A DNA stretch of 64,000 nt from Candidatus Latescibacterota bacterium (GCA_965237675.1 OZ250150.1:4416001-4480000), one strand, 5' to 3'; positions 1-10,657 are shown, numbered from the stretch's first letter. Program-made: numbers and translations. Notes: generated from the letters alone by a model not told the origin.

Positions 1-95
1 CCGAATGCCTGGACGACCGGACGTGGGCCCCACTGCCGCACGGTCATGCGTTCGTTCTTGCAACGGACCCCACCGCGGCCGGTCCTTTCCTCGCG

Positions 96-809
96 TCAGG
101 ACAATCGACGGGAATTCCACCACCTGGCGATGGGAAAGGGCGAATAGACGAGGAAAAACATGGCCAGGCCGGTGAGGTCGAGGAAGACAAGGTACCAAGG
201 CCAGGGTGCAAAAAAGAAGGGAGATACCGTTCCCCAAGGGGGCGCGGAGAGGTACATATAGTTCGAACCGCCAAAGGAATTGATCACCGCGACACACGTC
301 GCCAGTACGTGCAACCAGACAAATGCCCGGAAGAGTCCGCCGAGCGTGGGCCGCATCTTTAAACACCATGTGGCGTACAGGACCCCCACCACGATGCCGG
401 AGTGCGACACGAAATACTGGAAAAATCGATACTGCGGAAAATCAACTTCCAGACCGCCGGGGGTGATCACGGCGTTTGACGCCCCCGCCAGGCCCCAGAA
501 GTAGGCGATTTCGTACACCTTCTGATTGCGGAACAACAGGGCGAGAGAAGTCGCGAAGATCGCGATGCCGCAAACGTGGAGCGGCAGGAGGCTCCGAAAA
601 AAACGACCGGGGCCGAACCCGGCGATTCGGACACCCCAGTGGATCCATTCGTTGCCAAGCAGGACGCCAGCCAGCACAACGCCCACGACGGCGGCCGTGC
701 GGGACTGCGGCCCTTTCACGAACAGCGTGAGCAGGATCGGCAGGGCCAGCGTCAACGCCATCGCGATCAGGTGCGCCGGCCCAAACGTCTGAAATCCGGC
801 GGTTGCCAT
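96..809 (-). CDS. YwaF/TIGR02206-like integral membrane protein
   Basis: Multiple hydrophobic helices; motifs FGPAHL, LPLHVC, YFW, F..H, NYMYL..PP and PWPWY typical of the family. Confidence 0.8.
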   Translation of the reverse strand: MATAGFQTFGPAHLIAMALTLALPILLTLFVKGPQSRTAAVVGVVLAGVLLGNEWIHWGVRIAGFGPGRFFRSLLPLHVCGIAIFATSLALLFRNQKVYEIAYFWGLAGASNAVITPGGLEVDFPQYRFFQYFVSHSGIVVGVLYATWCLKMRPTLGGLFRAFVWLHVLATCVAVINSFGGSNYMYLSAPPWGTVSPFFFAPWPWYLVFLDLTGLAMFFLVYSPFPIARWWNSRRLS

Positions 810-993
810 AGGGCTCCGTCACCGGCCAGAGACAGTCTGGCGACGTGAAATCCAGGGCAGGTATCCGCCCCGCCGCGGGAGCCGACGCAGACGTGAGATG
901 GGGAATGGGGTTTAACGGGATTCGTGGTTACCAGGGGGCGGGATAGTCCCCTCGAGTCGTTCAATCGCTAACGCGTCCGGTCGAATCCGCGGG

Positions 994-2955
994 TCAGCGG
1001 ATCCACGCCTCGCCGGAAGCGACGTCTCTTCCGATCGTCCAGGACGTTCCCAACGCGTCAACGGCAAACTCCACGCCGTCGTCCCCGGCCTGGAGCGCGT
1101 CCGGCAACCGGACGGATACCGCCGGCGCCTTCGTGCCTCGATAGGGGACGATCACGGTCACAAAAGCCGCGGGCGCCTGACTCTCAAGAGCGAACCGAAA
1201 TGCCTTGCGCGGCGTGCGATGGCCGTATTCCCAGGCGAACCAGCCGGTTTCTTCGACCAGGGACGCCGGACAACCGGCCGCCGCCTGCACCAGCACGTTG
1301 GCGTCCTCAAATTGCGTGAACGCCCTGTTTCCCTCGCCGTCGAACGTGACGTCGCCGGGCGCAAACTGGAAGTGCAGAGCTAGCTGACCGGGCGCACTGC
1401 CGATGGCCTCGTCGAGCAATACGAAGAAACGACGGTTCACGAACCAGACCGAACGCCGGTGGATCAAGCCGGGATATGACCGGTTCTCCACCACCAGCAC
1501 GTCCGAGTCAGCCCCCTCAGAGACCCACATCAGATTGCGCGCGTCGTCAGAGATATCCCCGCCGTCCAGCGTGAGGGTCTGATGCGCCGAGGTCTGCCGA
1601 TGCCAGGCGCGGCTCTCTCCGTCATGGCCATAGGTGTAGAAGCCCGTGTCGGGCATCAACCAGCGTCCGTACGCGTACAACTCAAACGTCCCGTTATCGG
1701 GCTGATCGTGGCCTGAAATCGCTGGCGGAGAACAGTGCAGCGCCAGGTAAATCTGATCGGGACCCCAGTCGTCGCGCATCACGTAGAAGCCGGCCTCCTT
1801 GAAGGCGCGGCTCTTCCGATCCGGCAGGCCTTCGCGATTCAAATTCGCACGCGCCGCATATTTGGGATCGCCGAGCAGTTCGGTCGCGCCGGCAAGTTCG
1901 CCGTAGAGCGGCCATTTCGTTCGATCGTCCGTGGATTTCAACGGGCGCGAGCCGTCGCCGAACATCGGCGCTCCCAAATCGGGCGACGCGATCCAGAAGA
2001 TGTAATCGTACATCCGCCGCACCCGTTCTCCGAACGCTTCTGGTATCTCAATGCCGAAGGCGTCCATGCGGCCGAAGATTTCCACGGCATCCCGCAAAAC
2101 GCCCTGGTGATACCCGAAGGACCACTCCCGCTGAACGCCGTCTGCGGTTGTCTGCGCCAGAATATTCTCCTCGGTGCGCGCCAACCCCAGTTCCATCCAA
2201 TCGCGGGACTCCCTGAACTCGCTGAACGTGTAGGCGACATTGATAAACCCACGTTGTTCGAACACCGCCTTGTTGTGGATGAGCCCCATAGGAATAAGCG
2301 TTGTTTTTGTCTGGTGGTCATACAGGCTCGCCATCAAGACGCCGAGAAACCCGGGCGTAAACGTCTCGGCGTGCACCAGGCCGCGAAACGCCGAACAGAT
2401 GTTCGTCGCCCGGATACCCGTCTGGAGATCCAGCCATGCAAATCCCTTCCACCACTTATAAACGTGGTGGGTTTTGGTGTGATTTTCCAGGGGATGTTTC
2501 GTAATCCAGTCGGTTGAAAGTTCCACGAATGCCTGCGCATATTTTTCATCTCGCGTCGCCGCGTAGGCCGTCACGAGAGGCGCGGCCCAATAGAAACGAT
2601 ATACGGCCGCTACCCACTCAATATCACCCGGCGGATCCCATTCCCAGTCGAAGTCGTCGCCATATTGCGCCTCCCCATAGGGTCCCCACTGAATGATGCG
2701 CTCACAGACTTTGTCCGCCGTTGAAAAGTCACCTGCTTTACTCGCTTCCCCCAGTGGAAATTTCGCCCGGTAGTAGTCGCGCAACGCGGTCATGGCGCCA
2801 GGCCTGTCGCCGGCGTCGGCCGCACGTTTCGCCGCTTCCAGCCCCTTCGTCGTCAGATCCAGTTTATCCAGGATCCGTTCGGGGTCGAGTGAACTCAACG
2901 GCATCTCGTGATCGATCCGGTCCGCGCCTGCCGGATACTCCTGTATCGAATTCAT
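994..2955 (-). CDS. Heparinase II/III family polysaccharide lyase
   Basis: Alpha-toroid region with HN and QREWSFGYH, then GHDQPDNGTFELYAYG..LMPDTG.YTY and AHQTLTLDG motifs. Start moved to MNSIQ, downstream of GGAGAG; the ORF-track extension to 3147 runs through a repeat. Confidence 0.8.
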   Translation of the reverse strand: MNSIQEYPAGADRIDHEMPLSSLDPERILDKLDLTTKGLEAAKRAADAGDRPGAMTALRDYYRAKFPLGEASKAGDFSTADKVCERIIQWGPYGEAQYGDDFDWEWDPPGDIEWVAAVYRFYWAAPLVTAYAATRDEKYAQAFVELSTDWITKHPLENHTKTHHVYKWWKGFAWLDLQTGIRATNICSAFRGLVHAETFTPGFLGVLMASLYDHQTKTTLIPMGLIHNKAVFEQRGFINVAYTFSEFRESRDWMELGLARTEENILAQTTADGVQREWSFGYHQGVLRDAVEIFGRMDAFGIEIPEAFGERVRRMYDYIFWIASPDLGAPMFGDGSRPLKSTDDRTKWPLYGELAGATELLGDPKYAARANLNREGLPDRKSRAFKEAGFYVMRDDWGPDQIYLALHCSPPAISGHDQPDNGTFELYAYGRWLMPDTGFYTYGHDGESRAWHRQTSAHQTLTLDGGDISDDARNLMWVSEGADSDVLVVENRSYPGLIHRRSVWFVNRRFFVLLDEAIGSAPGQLALHFQFAPGDVTFDGEGNRAFTQFEDANVLVQAAAGCPASLVEETGWFAWEYGHRTPRKAFRFALESQAPAAFVTVIVPYRGTKAPAVSVRLPDALQAGDDGVEFAVDALGTSWTIGRDVASGEAWIR

Positions 2956-3097
2956 GGCCATGCTCTCCGATAAATCGATGTCGGAATCGTGTTTTCGCCG
3001 CCCGGCAAGAACTGTTTTCCATTCACCGGGGTATAAACATACGTCTCGGAAAAAGTGTCCGCAACACAATTGTTGGGGTTTTTCAGGGAATGGGTAA

Positions 3098-3123
3098 CAT
3101 GGATATACAGGATAGACAGGATG
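3098..3123. repeat. Short CAGGAT-motif repeat (catggatatacaggatagacaggatg)
   Basis: 9-bp periodic (C)AGGAT motif, same motif as the array at 60169-60222. Confidence 0.45.
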
Positions 3124-3157
3124 AGAAACTGAAGACCCCGGGTTCACTGTCGATACC

Positions 3158-3355
3158 CTACAGCGCGTCGGCTGACGCGCCCAGCGCTTTGCACAAAGCC
3201 GGGAATGTCCCTATATTGGGCAGCGACTCGCCGTTCTCCCACTTGGAAACCGCCTGCACGCTGATGCAAACGGCCTGTCCGAGTTGTTCCTGTGTCAGCC
3301 CCTGTTGCTTTCGTCTATCCTTGATCCGTCGTCCAAGCTCCGTTGGGTCACACAT
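3158..3355 (-). CDS. XRE-family helix-turn-helix regulator (short, possibly truncated)
   Basis: LTQEQLG..VCISVQAVSKWENGESLP HTH_3 signature; GGAGG RBS before MCDPT. Confidence 0.75.
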   Translation of the reverse strand: MCDPTELGRRIKDRRKQQGLTQEQLGQAVCISVQAVSKWENGESLPNIGTFPALCKALGASADAL

Positions 3356-3581
3356 TGGTATGCCTCCCTGCATTTGTGTATGTATGGCGGCGTTCTTTCA
3401 TCCAATGGAAAACCAAATATAGCGCAATTGCCGGTTGTCGGTATCGAGGAATATGAGAACGGAGCAACTGCCGATTGAGGACGTTGATGCACAAGCGTTC
3501 TTAGTACTGGCTGCCCTCTACGGGTAAATATGAAAGTAGTACTTGCAGATTTCCCACTTTCCCGGTACATTTGTCGATACG

Positions 3582-4763
3582 ATGATTACTCGCGAGATCA
3601 CAGACAGGCTGGTCGCACTCTTCCAACAGTACCCCTTTGTTACCGTGACCGGACCACGGCAGGCGGGCAAGACCACGCTCTGCTGCGCCGCGTTTCCTCA
3701 TCTCAAGTACGTCAACATGGAAGCGCCCGATCAACGACTGTTCGCCGAATCCGATCCACGGGGATTTCTATCGCGTCTGGGCGATGGCGCCATTCTGGAT
3801 GAAATCCAGCGGGTGCCTCAACTCCTTTCGTACCTTCAGGTCCTGGCCGACGAAATAGGCCGAAACAGTCTATTCGTGCTCACCGGCAGCGAGCAGTTCC
3901 GGCTCTCCGATACCATCAGCCAGTCCCTGGCGGGACGTACGGCGCTGCTGTGCCTTCTGCCATTCTCTCTGGAGGAACGGAAACGCGCGGGCGCCGGCGG
4001 CAAGGTCGATGACATTTTGTACTCCGGGTGTTATCCTCGAATCCACGATCAGAAACTGGAACCACGGCAAGCTCTCGGAGACTACTTCGAGACCTACGTC
4101 GAGCGGGATGTGCGCCGCATCGGAGAGATCCGGAATTTCACCAGTTTTCGTCGATTCGTGCGCCTTTGCGCAGGGCGCGTGGGACAGCTTCTCAATCTCG
4201 CCTCTCTGGGCGCCGACGCGGGCGTTTCTCATACCACGGCCCGCCACTGGATGTCAATTCTGGAGGCGAGCTACGTTGTTTTTCAACTCCCGCCGTTTTT
4301 CGCGAATATCCGCAAACGCCTGATAAAATCACCCAAACTCTATTTTTACGACGTGGGATTGGCGAGTTATCTCATCGGAATCGAACATTCCTGGCAGATT
4401 GCGACCCATCCTCTGCGCGGCGCGCTGTTCGAGAATGCCGTCGTCGCGGAGGCCCTGAAATACCTGTTCAATAGAGGCCGCCGATCCAACCTGTCTTTTT
4501 TCCGGGACACGCGCGGCCTGGAGTGCGACCTCCTCTACGAATTGGGCAATCGTATTGGCGCAATCGAGATCAAATCCGGCGCCACGGTAGCTTCCGACTA
4601 CTTCACCGCACTGGATCGGGTGGGAAAGCTGCTTCCGCAGGTCTCCCACAGAGGCTTGGTTTACGGAGGCGCGGTTCGCCAGTCCCGATGCGACGTGGAA
4701 GTGGTGACGATGGGGGACGTCAGCGGCCTGCTCGAAAGTTTCGACAGCTCTGGCGAGAAATAA
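3582..4763 (+). CDS. AAA_14 ATPase with DUF4143 / C-terminal PD-(D/E)xK-like domain
   Basis: Walker A GPRQAGKT, Walker B ILDEIQ, LTGS, KSPKLYFYDVGL, ECDLL..AIEIK. Confidence 0.9.
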   Translation: MITREITDRLVALFQQYPFVTVTGPRQAGKTTLCCAAFPHLKYVNMEAPDQRLFAESDPRGFLSRLGDGAILDEIQRVPQLLSYLQVLADEIGRNSLFVLTGSEQFRLSDTISQSLAGRTALLCLLPFSLEERKRAGAGGKVDDILYSGCYPRIHDQKLEPRQALGDYFETYVERDVRRIGEIRNFTSFRRFVRLCAGRVGQLLNLASLGADAGVSHTTARHWMSILEASYVVFQLPPFFANIRKRLIKSPKLYFYDVGLASYLIGIEHSWQIATHPLRGALFENAVVAEALKYLFNRGRRSNLSFFRDTRGLECDLLYELGNRIGAIEIKSGATVASDYFTALDRVGKLLPQVSHRGLVYGGAVRQSRCDVEVVTMGDVSGLLESFDSSGEK

Positions 4764-4874
4764 TGGACCGTGTTACTTTCCGCAGGTTGCCGCGCCCGCC
4801 AACGTGGCCGGGTAAGCTGCCGTTTCACGATAGAAGGAAGGCCTATAAACCGCAAAAAGTCAGGACTTGAAACT

Positions 4875-5870
4875 ATGGATACGATTCGGTTGGGCCTGGT
4901 CGGTTCGGGCGGAATGGCGCAGAGCCGCGCGCGGGCTTTTGCGGCCCTCGAGGGATGCAGGCTGACCGCATTGGCCGCCCGAAATCCGCGCACCGGAGGC
5001 GAATTGGCACGGCGGCACGAACTGCCGCTGCTGGAACATTGGCAGGATCTGATCGACCGTTCCGACGTGGACGCAGTCGTGGTTTGTACCAACAACGACA
5101 GCCACGGTCCCATCGCCAGGGCCGCCCTCGAGGCACGCAAACCCGTTTTTCTGGAATACCCTATAGCGCGACACGTCGACGAGGGGGTCGCCCTGGTCAA
5201 CCTGGCTCGCGCGTCGGGCACCGTTCTCCGTGTCGCCCACCCCGAGGTCGTGTCGGGCGTGCACCGGCAACTTAAGGAGGCGGTCGGTTCGCTGGGAGGG
5301 CTGATGGTGGCGCTGTTCGCGCGTCTGACGCCGGGGAGAGGGGCGCGGCCGGAAGTGTTGTTCAACATCCACGCGTCGGGGCCGCCGAGTCTCTTTTTCG
5401 TCTATCACGTGTACCCTCTGATCAACCTGTTCGGCCCGGCGTCGTGGGTGGAGGGGTACGCCCATTACGAGGGAATGGACACCACCGGAACGTACGAACG
5501 CTTCGTCAACCGGGTCGTGGTGGGGTTTGCAAGAGGCGGTACCGCCGAATGGACGTGGGCGGGCGGGATTTCAATCGGAAGGGCAGAGCAATACCAGCGG
5601 ATGGTGCTGGAGGGCGGGACGCTGGTTAACGACGACGGCTGGCGACTCTCGTCCGCGGAGGGCAAGGAGGTACCGTTGCCGTCAGCCGGCCGGGAGGTGT
5701 CGCTGGAGCGGCTTTTTCTGGATGAAGTACGCGGTACAAGGAATGGATGGCGATCGGACCTGGACACCGCCCTCGAAGCCATTCGCATCGGGCTGGGGGC
5801 AGAGACGGCGGCGACCCAGGGCCGGCGGGTGCATCTCCTGGAAGGCGGGACTGAACGGGCGACGAAATGA
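4875..5870 (+). CDS. Gfo/Idh/MocA family oxidoreductase
   Basis: GLVGSGGMA Rossmann motif, DVDAVVVCT..H, KPVFLEYP (EKP variant). Confidence 0.85.
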   Translation: MDTIRLGLVGSGGMAQSRARAFAALEGCRLTALAARNPRTGGELARRHELPLLEHWQDLIDRSDVDAVVVCTNNDSHGPIARAALEARKPVFLEYPIARHVDEGVALVNLARASGTVLRVAHPEVVSGVHRQLKEAVGSLGGLMVALFARLTPGRGARPEVLFNIHASGPPSLFFVYHVYPLINLFGPASWVEGYAHYEGMDTTGTYERFVNRVVVGFARGGTAEWTWAGGISIGRAEQYQRMVLEGGTLVNDDGWRLSSAEGKEVPLPSAGREVSLERLFLDEVRGTRNGWRSDLDTALEAIRIGLGAETAATQGRRVHLLEGGTERATK

Positions 5871-5897
5871 CGTCCTGACAAACCGCCTGCCGCCTAT

Positions 5898-6650
5898 TCA
5901 GCCTTCCCGCGGTCCGAAGGCGGCCATGTAGAGGCGCGTTCGGTCGTTGAGCACGCCGTAAAAGGCGCGCGTTTCCGGGTCGGGGTGATCCCTCCAGAAC
6001 ACCGCGGGGATACCCGAGTCGTTGGCCAGCGGAGGCCTGTGGCGGTGGCCGTAGTAGATCTGCGCGGTTTTTCGGACAGCCTGCGTGGGGCGCGTGGTCG
6101 CCGTGTGCAGCAGGGCCACGTTGAACAGGGCGCACGTGCCGGCCGGACCGTGGAAATCGTACACCCCGCCGCGCTCCAGCTGGGCCGCGGGATCGTCCAG
6201 AACCGCCTGGTCGACGGACTCCGGCGAGAGGGAAAAACAGTGGGTGCCCTCGTCGACGTCGGTGAGGTAGACCATCAACTGGATATAGTCCATGCCCAGG
6301 GGGTGTTCGGGCCAGTGGAGCCTGTCGCGGTGCCAACCCTGGTGCATGTCGCCTTCATAGGGACCCATCCGCCGCAGGCCGATTTCGCCGAAGCAGACCG
6401 GGCCGCCCATCAATTCCTCGATCGCGGGCATTATGCCCTGGTGACGGATCAAATCATCGAACTGAGGCGTGGTGATCAGGACGTCGTAGTTGGCTTCCTG
6501 GTGGTATCCGTACGGATGCCAGAAATAGGGAAACCGGTGGCGGTCTTCCTCGAACAGATCGTGGAAGTAGCGCACCTCCTCGGACTCGAGGACAGTGCCG
6601 AGGTTCAGGAAACCATTCCGTGCGAAAAAGCCGCGGTCAATCGGGTTCAT
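5898..6650 (-). CDS. Phytanoyl-CoA dioxygenase (PhyH) family Fe(II)/2OG oxygenase
   Basis: FARNGFL N-terminus, WHRD iron motif, VYLTDV, GPAG...LLH. Confidence 0.85.
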   Translation of the reverse strand: MNPIDRGFFARNGFLNLGTVLESEEVRYFHDLFEEDRHRFPYFWHPYGYHQEANYDVLITTPQFDDLIRHQGIMPAIEELMGGPVCFGEIGLRRMGPYEGDMHQGWHRDRLHWPEHPLGMDYIQLMVYLTDVDEGTHCFSLSPESVDQAVLDDPAAQLERGGVYDFHGPAGTCALFNVALLHTATTRPTQAVRKTAQIYYGHRHRPPLANDSGIPAVFWRDHPDPETRAFYGVLNDRTRLYMAAFGPREG

Positions 6651-6858
6651 AGGTGTAAATCCGGAAGGTGGATAGCGGGCGCCGCGCAGACGGTCGTTTG
6701 TAGATCCACCGACGAGCGGCGCAAAACGCGACGTTCTTCTGGGTCGGTAATATATCCGGCCGACGTCCGGTTGCCAAGCGCCATCGGTCGACACCCGAGG
6801 CCAGGCGTTCACGGTTGTACGAGACTACGGAAAGTTGCCAACTGAACGGAGGCGCGTA

Positions 6859-9600
6859 ATGAACCTGGGCGGATACGCAGCCCAAATAGCACGGGCGCTT
6901 GGTAGGGCCTCCGGGCTCTCGGCCATGTTTATCGCGGTGGCCCTGATGTCCTCGCAAAGCCGGGCTGGCGTCGACACCTTTTCCTTCGCCCTGATTGGCG
7001 ACGTGCCCTACGCCAGTGCCGACAGCCTCCGGTTCGCACAGGTGATTGACCGGATCAACGCGGATACAGACGTCCAATGGGTCATCCACGCGGGCGATAT
7101 CAAAAACGGGGGGCAGCCGTGCACGGACGCTTTTCTCGAAGAACGCCTGCAGAGATTCAGCCGCTTCGAGGATCCCTTCATCCTCACCCCGGGCGACAAC
7201 GAATGGACAGACTGTCACCTCAGGAACGCCGGCCGCTTCGATCCGCTGGAACGCCTGCGGAAATTGCGGACGCTCTTCTATCCTCGCGCGGGCATAACGC
7301 TTGGGAGACAGCCAATGGCGGTTGAATCCCAGGCGGCGTCGCCCGAATACAGCGAATTTCGGGAAAACGTCCACTGGAAACGGGCGGGGGTTCATTTCGC
7401 GACCGTACACGTTGTGGGGAGCAGAAACGGGCTGGCATCCTTTCAGCCTCGCGACTCGACCGAGATTGGAACGGTTCCACTGCGGACGAAGAAGCACGAC
7501 GCGGCGGTCGAGCGGCGCACCAGGGCAGGAATCGCGTGGCTTCGCAGAGCCTTTTCCAAGGCTTCCAGTTCCGGCAGAGGGCTTTTTCTGACGCTGCATG
7601 CATCGATGGGACTGGAACGAAAACCGACGCCGGATCCGCCGCATTTCAAGGCCCTTCTCGACGTTTTGCGCGAGGAAACGGAGCGATTCGGCCGACCCGT
7701 GGTGCTCGCACACGGCGACTCGCATTATTTCCGGATCGACAAACCGCTACGGCGCAATCGGGATGGCCGACGGCTCTGGAATTTCACACGCGTGGAAACC
7801 TTTGGCGCTTCGGACGTGAACTGGATCGAGGTGAAGGTGGATCCTGCCAGTGCGAACGTCTTTTCGTTCGAACAGAGAATTGTAAAGCGGGGGCAAACGA
7901 ATGGAGATCAACCCGAAACGAGGAAAAGGAGCGACATGGCTGTCACCAGATCCGGAGCATCGGAACGCGCCCCCCAGCAAAAGATCGACGCCATGCACCG
8001 CCCGTCCTGGTGCGTGGAAACGGACGAGGGGCGCCTGTATTGGGAACTCCTCAGCGCCGCAATCCGAAATGACGCCGGCGCCCTGCGCAAACACCTGCGC
8101 GCGGATCCCGACTGCGCCAGGCTGCAGTTCTGGTATACCCCGCCGATCCACTTCGCGGTGCGGGAGGGCAATCTCGATGCGACGAGAGTACTGTGGGAAG
8201 CCTATGCGTACGACGAGGTGACCGATCTTATTACCATGGCCGACGACCGCGGCCATACGTCGGTCGCCGATTATCTGCGGAAGGCCATCGGGTCCGTGGC
8301 GGAGGCGTCGGATCCGCAGTTGCACGAAGCGGTGAAAGCCGGAGACCACGCAAAGGTCGAACGGCTGCTTAATGATTTGGAAGGAATCGAATCACAGCGG
8401 GACCCGGAAGGCAGGACCGCGCTCCACGTTGCGGTGATTTCGGATGATCAGGCAGCGGTAAAGGCACTTCTCAATAGCAACGTCGACGTGGATGCCGCCG
8501 ACCACGCCGGTTTCCGCGCCATCCACTACACCCTCTGGGTCGACCTGATGTGGAACCGGCCGATAGTGAATCCCGCGCTCCTGCACGCACTGCTCGACGC
8601 CGGGGCCCGGGACAGCCCCACACTGGCTGCCGCGAGGGGCGACCTGGATGCCGTTCGGGCATTTGTAGGCGCCGACGCCTCGGCCGTAAACGAGGGAGAG
8701 AGACTTCAGAAGCGGCCCCTGTCCGCCGCCGTTGAGCGCGGCCACCGTGACATTGTCCGTTTTCTCCTGGACAACGGCGCGGATCCCCGTCTGCCGGAGG
8801 GTCGCCTTTGCCCCAGCGGGTCGTCGCTGATGACCGCCACGGTGGAAGACGACCTGGAAGTCGTGACATGGCTGCTGGAGGCCGGGGCCGATCCGAACGG
8901 ACACGTGGACTCCTCGGGATCCCCCGCGATCCGCGCCCGTTCCGACGCCATGCGCGGTCTGCTCTACGGCTATGGCGGGCGCGCATCCGGGGCGTGGGGC
9001 TACGTGCAGCGCGGCCAACTCGAAACTCTGGCCGCTATTCTGCGTTACACTGACGATCCGTTTTCCGACGAGGAGAGCGAGTACCTGACCACACCCTACA
9101 CCGCCGTGATCAGCGGCTGTGGACGCATGGAGGACCGGGGAGAATCCCCCGATGCCCACGAGGCGATGCTCACCATGTTCCTCCAGCGCAAACACCCGAT
9201 GCCGCGCGTTCTCACCGCGTGCAAGACCTACCTCTACCACGTGCCGCGAATGACGCGCCGGCTGCTCGAACATGGACTCGATCCAAATCTGCCAGACTGG
9301 CTAAAACGTACACCGTTGCACGACCTGTGCCGCGGAAACCGCCACGTATCCGACGCCGGCGGGTTGGTACGATTGTTCATCGAATACGGCGCTGACATCA
9401 ATGCAATCGACGAGGAAGACAGGTCAACCCCTCTGGGGATCGCCGCACGGGAGGGCAACGCTGAACTGGTTGGCCTGCTGCTGGACAGCGGCGCCGACCC
9501 CAACGCGGCGGGCGCCGTATGGGCAACGCCCGTGGCGTGGGCAAAACGCCGCGGCCACGAGCAAATCGTAAAGATGCTTAGAGAGGGGGGCGCCCGGTAG
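6859..9600 (+). CDS. Metallophosphoesterase fused in frame to an ankyrin-repeat protein
   Basis: N-terminal calcineurin-like motifs GDVPY, HAGDIK, PGDNEW, HGDSH; C-terminal ankyrin repeats (TALHVAV, PLSAAV, TPLHDL, TPLGIAAREG). Internal RBS AAGGAG and ATG near 7936. Confidence 0.75.
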   Translation: MNLGGYAAQIARALGRASGLSAMFIAVALMSSQSRAGVDTFSFALIGDVPYASADSLRFAQVIDRINADTDVQWVIHAGDIKNGGQPCTDAFLEERLQRFSRFEDPFILTPGDNEWTDCHLRNAGRFDPLERLRKLRTLFYPRAGITLGRQPMAVESQAASPEYSEFRENVHWKRAGVHFATVHVVGSRNGLASFQPRDSTEIGTVPLRTKKHDAAVERRTRAGIAWLRRAFSKASSSGRGLFLTLHASMGLERKPTPDPPHFKALLDVLREETERFGRPVVLAHGDSHYFRIDKPLRRNRDGRRLWNFTRVETFGASDVNWIEVKVDPASANVFSFEQRIVKRGQTNGDQPETRKRSDMAVTRSGASERAPQQKIDAMHRPSWCVETDEGRLYWELLSAAIRNDAGALRKHLRADPDCARLQFWYTPPIHFAVREGNLDATRVLWEAYAYDEVTDLITMADDRGHTSVADYLRKAIGSVAEASDPQLHEAVKAGDHAKVERLLNDLEGIESQRDPEGRTALHVAVISDDQAAVKALLNSNVDVDAADHAGFRAIHYTLWVDLMWNRPIVNPALLHALLDAGARDSPTLAAARGDLDAVRAFVGADASAVNEGERLQKRPLSAAVERGHRDIVRFLLDNGADPRLPEGRLCPSGSSLMTATVEDDLEVVTWLLEAGADPNGHVDSSGSPAIRARSDAMRGLLYGYGGRASGAWGYVQRGQLETLAAILRYTDDPFSDEESEYLTTPYTAVISGCGRMEDRGESPDAHEAMLTMFLQRKHPMPRVLTACKTYLYHVPRMTRRLLEHGLDPNLPDWLKRTPLHDLCRGNRHVSDAGGLVRLFIEYGADINAIDEEDRSTPLGIAAREGNAELVGLLLDSGADPNAAGAVWATPVAWAKRRGHEQIVKMLREGGAR

Positions 9601-9704
9601 ACGTGGGTGAAGCTGCCGGCGTCACCGGAATACCAGCGGCTGACCAAAGCGAAATCACAACACGGTGTTCAGGTTGCGGCAACTCTTCGAGGAAATATAG
9701 GGGA

Positions 9705-10034
9705 ATGACCGGCGACGAGAAACTCATCGGGCGGATACGATCCATTCTCTCACAAGAGGACGGATTCTCCGAGAAAAGGATGTTCGGCGGCGCCTGCTTT
9801 ATGATCAACGGCAACATGTGCATGGGGACGTGGAGGGGGTCTCTGATCGTTCGACTCGACAGGGCGCGTCACGACCTGACGCTTGAGGAGCCGCACACGA
9901 AGCCGTTCGACGTCACGGGCCGCGTCATGAGGGGATGGGCGCTGGTTGAACCACCCGCGATAGAATCGGACGAAGACCTTACGGAATGGGTGTACAGGGC
10001 GGCCGATTATGTCGGGTCGCTTCCGCCCAAATGA
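9705..10034 (+). CDS. TfoX/Sxy N-terminal domain protein
   Basis: EKRMFGG..FMINGNM, FDVTGRVMRGW, ending YVGSLPPK. Confidence 0.85.
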   Translation: MTGDEKLIGRIRSILSQEDGFSEKRMFGGACFMINGNMCMGTWRGSLIVRLDRARHDLTLEEPHTKPFDVTGRVMRGWALVEPPAIESDEDLTEWVYRAADYVGSLPPK

Positions 10035-10075
10035 AGGTGAGGGGCTTCTATCGGAAACGAGGCAGGGCTGTTCCC

Positions 10076-10393
10076 CTATTGCAATGGCGAGAAGGAGGTT
10101 GGGATGAGGACGTCGGAGACAACCTCGTCCACGATGGGCCCATAGCTTTCGGTTTGTTCCCGGGCTGCAATCCATTCGGCGTCTGAGCGGAAAGAATCCC
10201 ACGCTGTTTCCATAGCCTCTTCGCTTTCAAATTCGCAAAGGTAGATCAGTTCGTTGGCATCCCTTCGTGTCCAAAAACCGACGACTTTTATGCCGTGCCT
10301 GTCGAAGAGGCCAAACGTAACGGTTTCAAACCGGTTGAGGATGTCCGGCATCCGGCCTTCGGGGATTCTGTAGGTGCGGTGTTCGTAGATCAT
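10076..10393 (-). CDS. NIPSNAP family protein
   Basis: MIYEHRTY, VVGFW, AWDSFRSDAEW, LIPTSFSPLQ. Confidence 0.9.
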   Translation of the reverse strand: MIYEHRTYRIPEGRMPDILNRFETVTFGLFDRHGIKVVGFWTRRDANELIYLCEFESEEAMETAWDSFRSDAEWIAAREQTESYGPIVDEVVSDVLIPTSFSPLQ

Positions 10394-10627
10394 CAGGGCT
10401 CTCCATGGTGTGCAGGATCGTGCAGCAATCGAATAACGGCCGGCATCTGAGGGACCGCGATCAGGCCGCGCGCGGCCGTCTGCATTCCTTCGCAAAAAGG
10501 GATTAAACCTGGCTACGCGCTGTCTATGGTAACAAGAATTCAGCCGGATGGAAAGGGCCGCCTTACCCGGCCGCCGCGCATAGGCGGAACGCAGATAACG
10601 GAATGGAGAGCACGCGCACTATTTCTG

Positions 10628-10657
10628 TTGACAACCGATCGATGCCCGGGCTATGTT
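10628..10657 (+). promoter_or_regulatory. Putative sigma70 promoter
   Basis: TTGACA-N18-TATGTT upstream of the 10868 gene. Confidence 0.35.

Noticed and set aside
3582-4763. AAA-DUF4143 gene as a novel defence system
   Set aside because: A common stand-alone family with no partner gene here.
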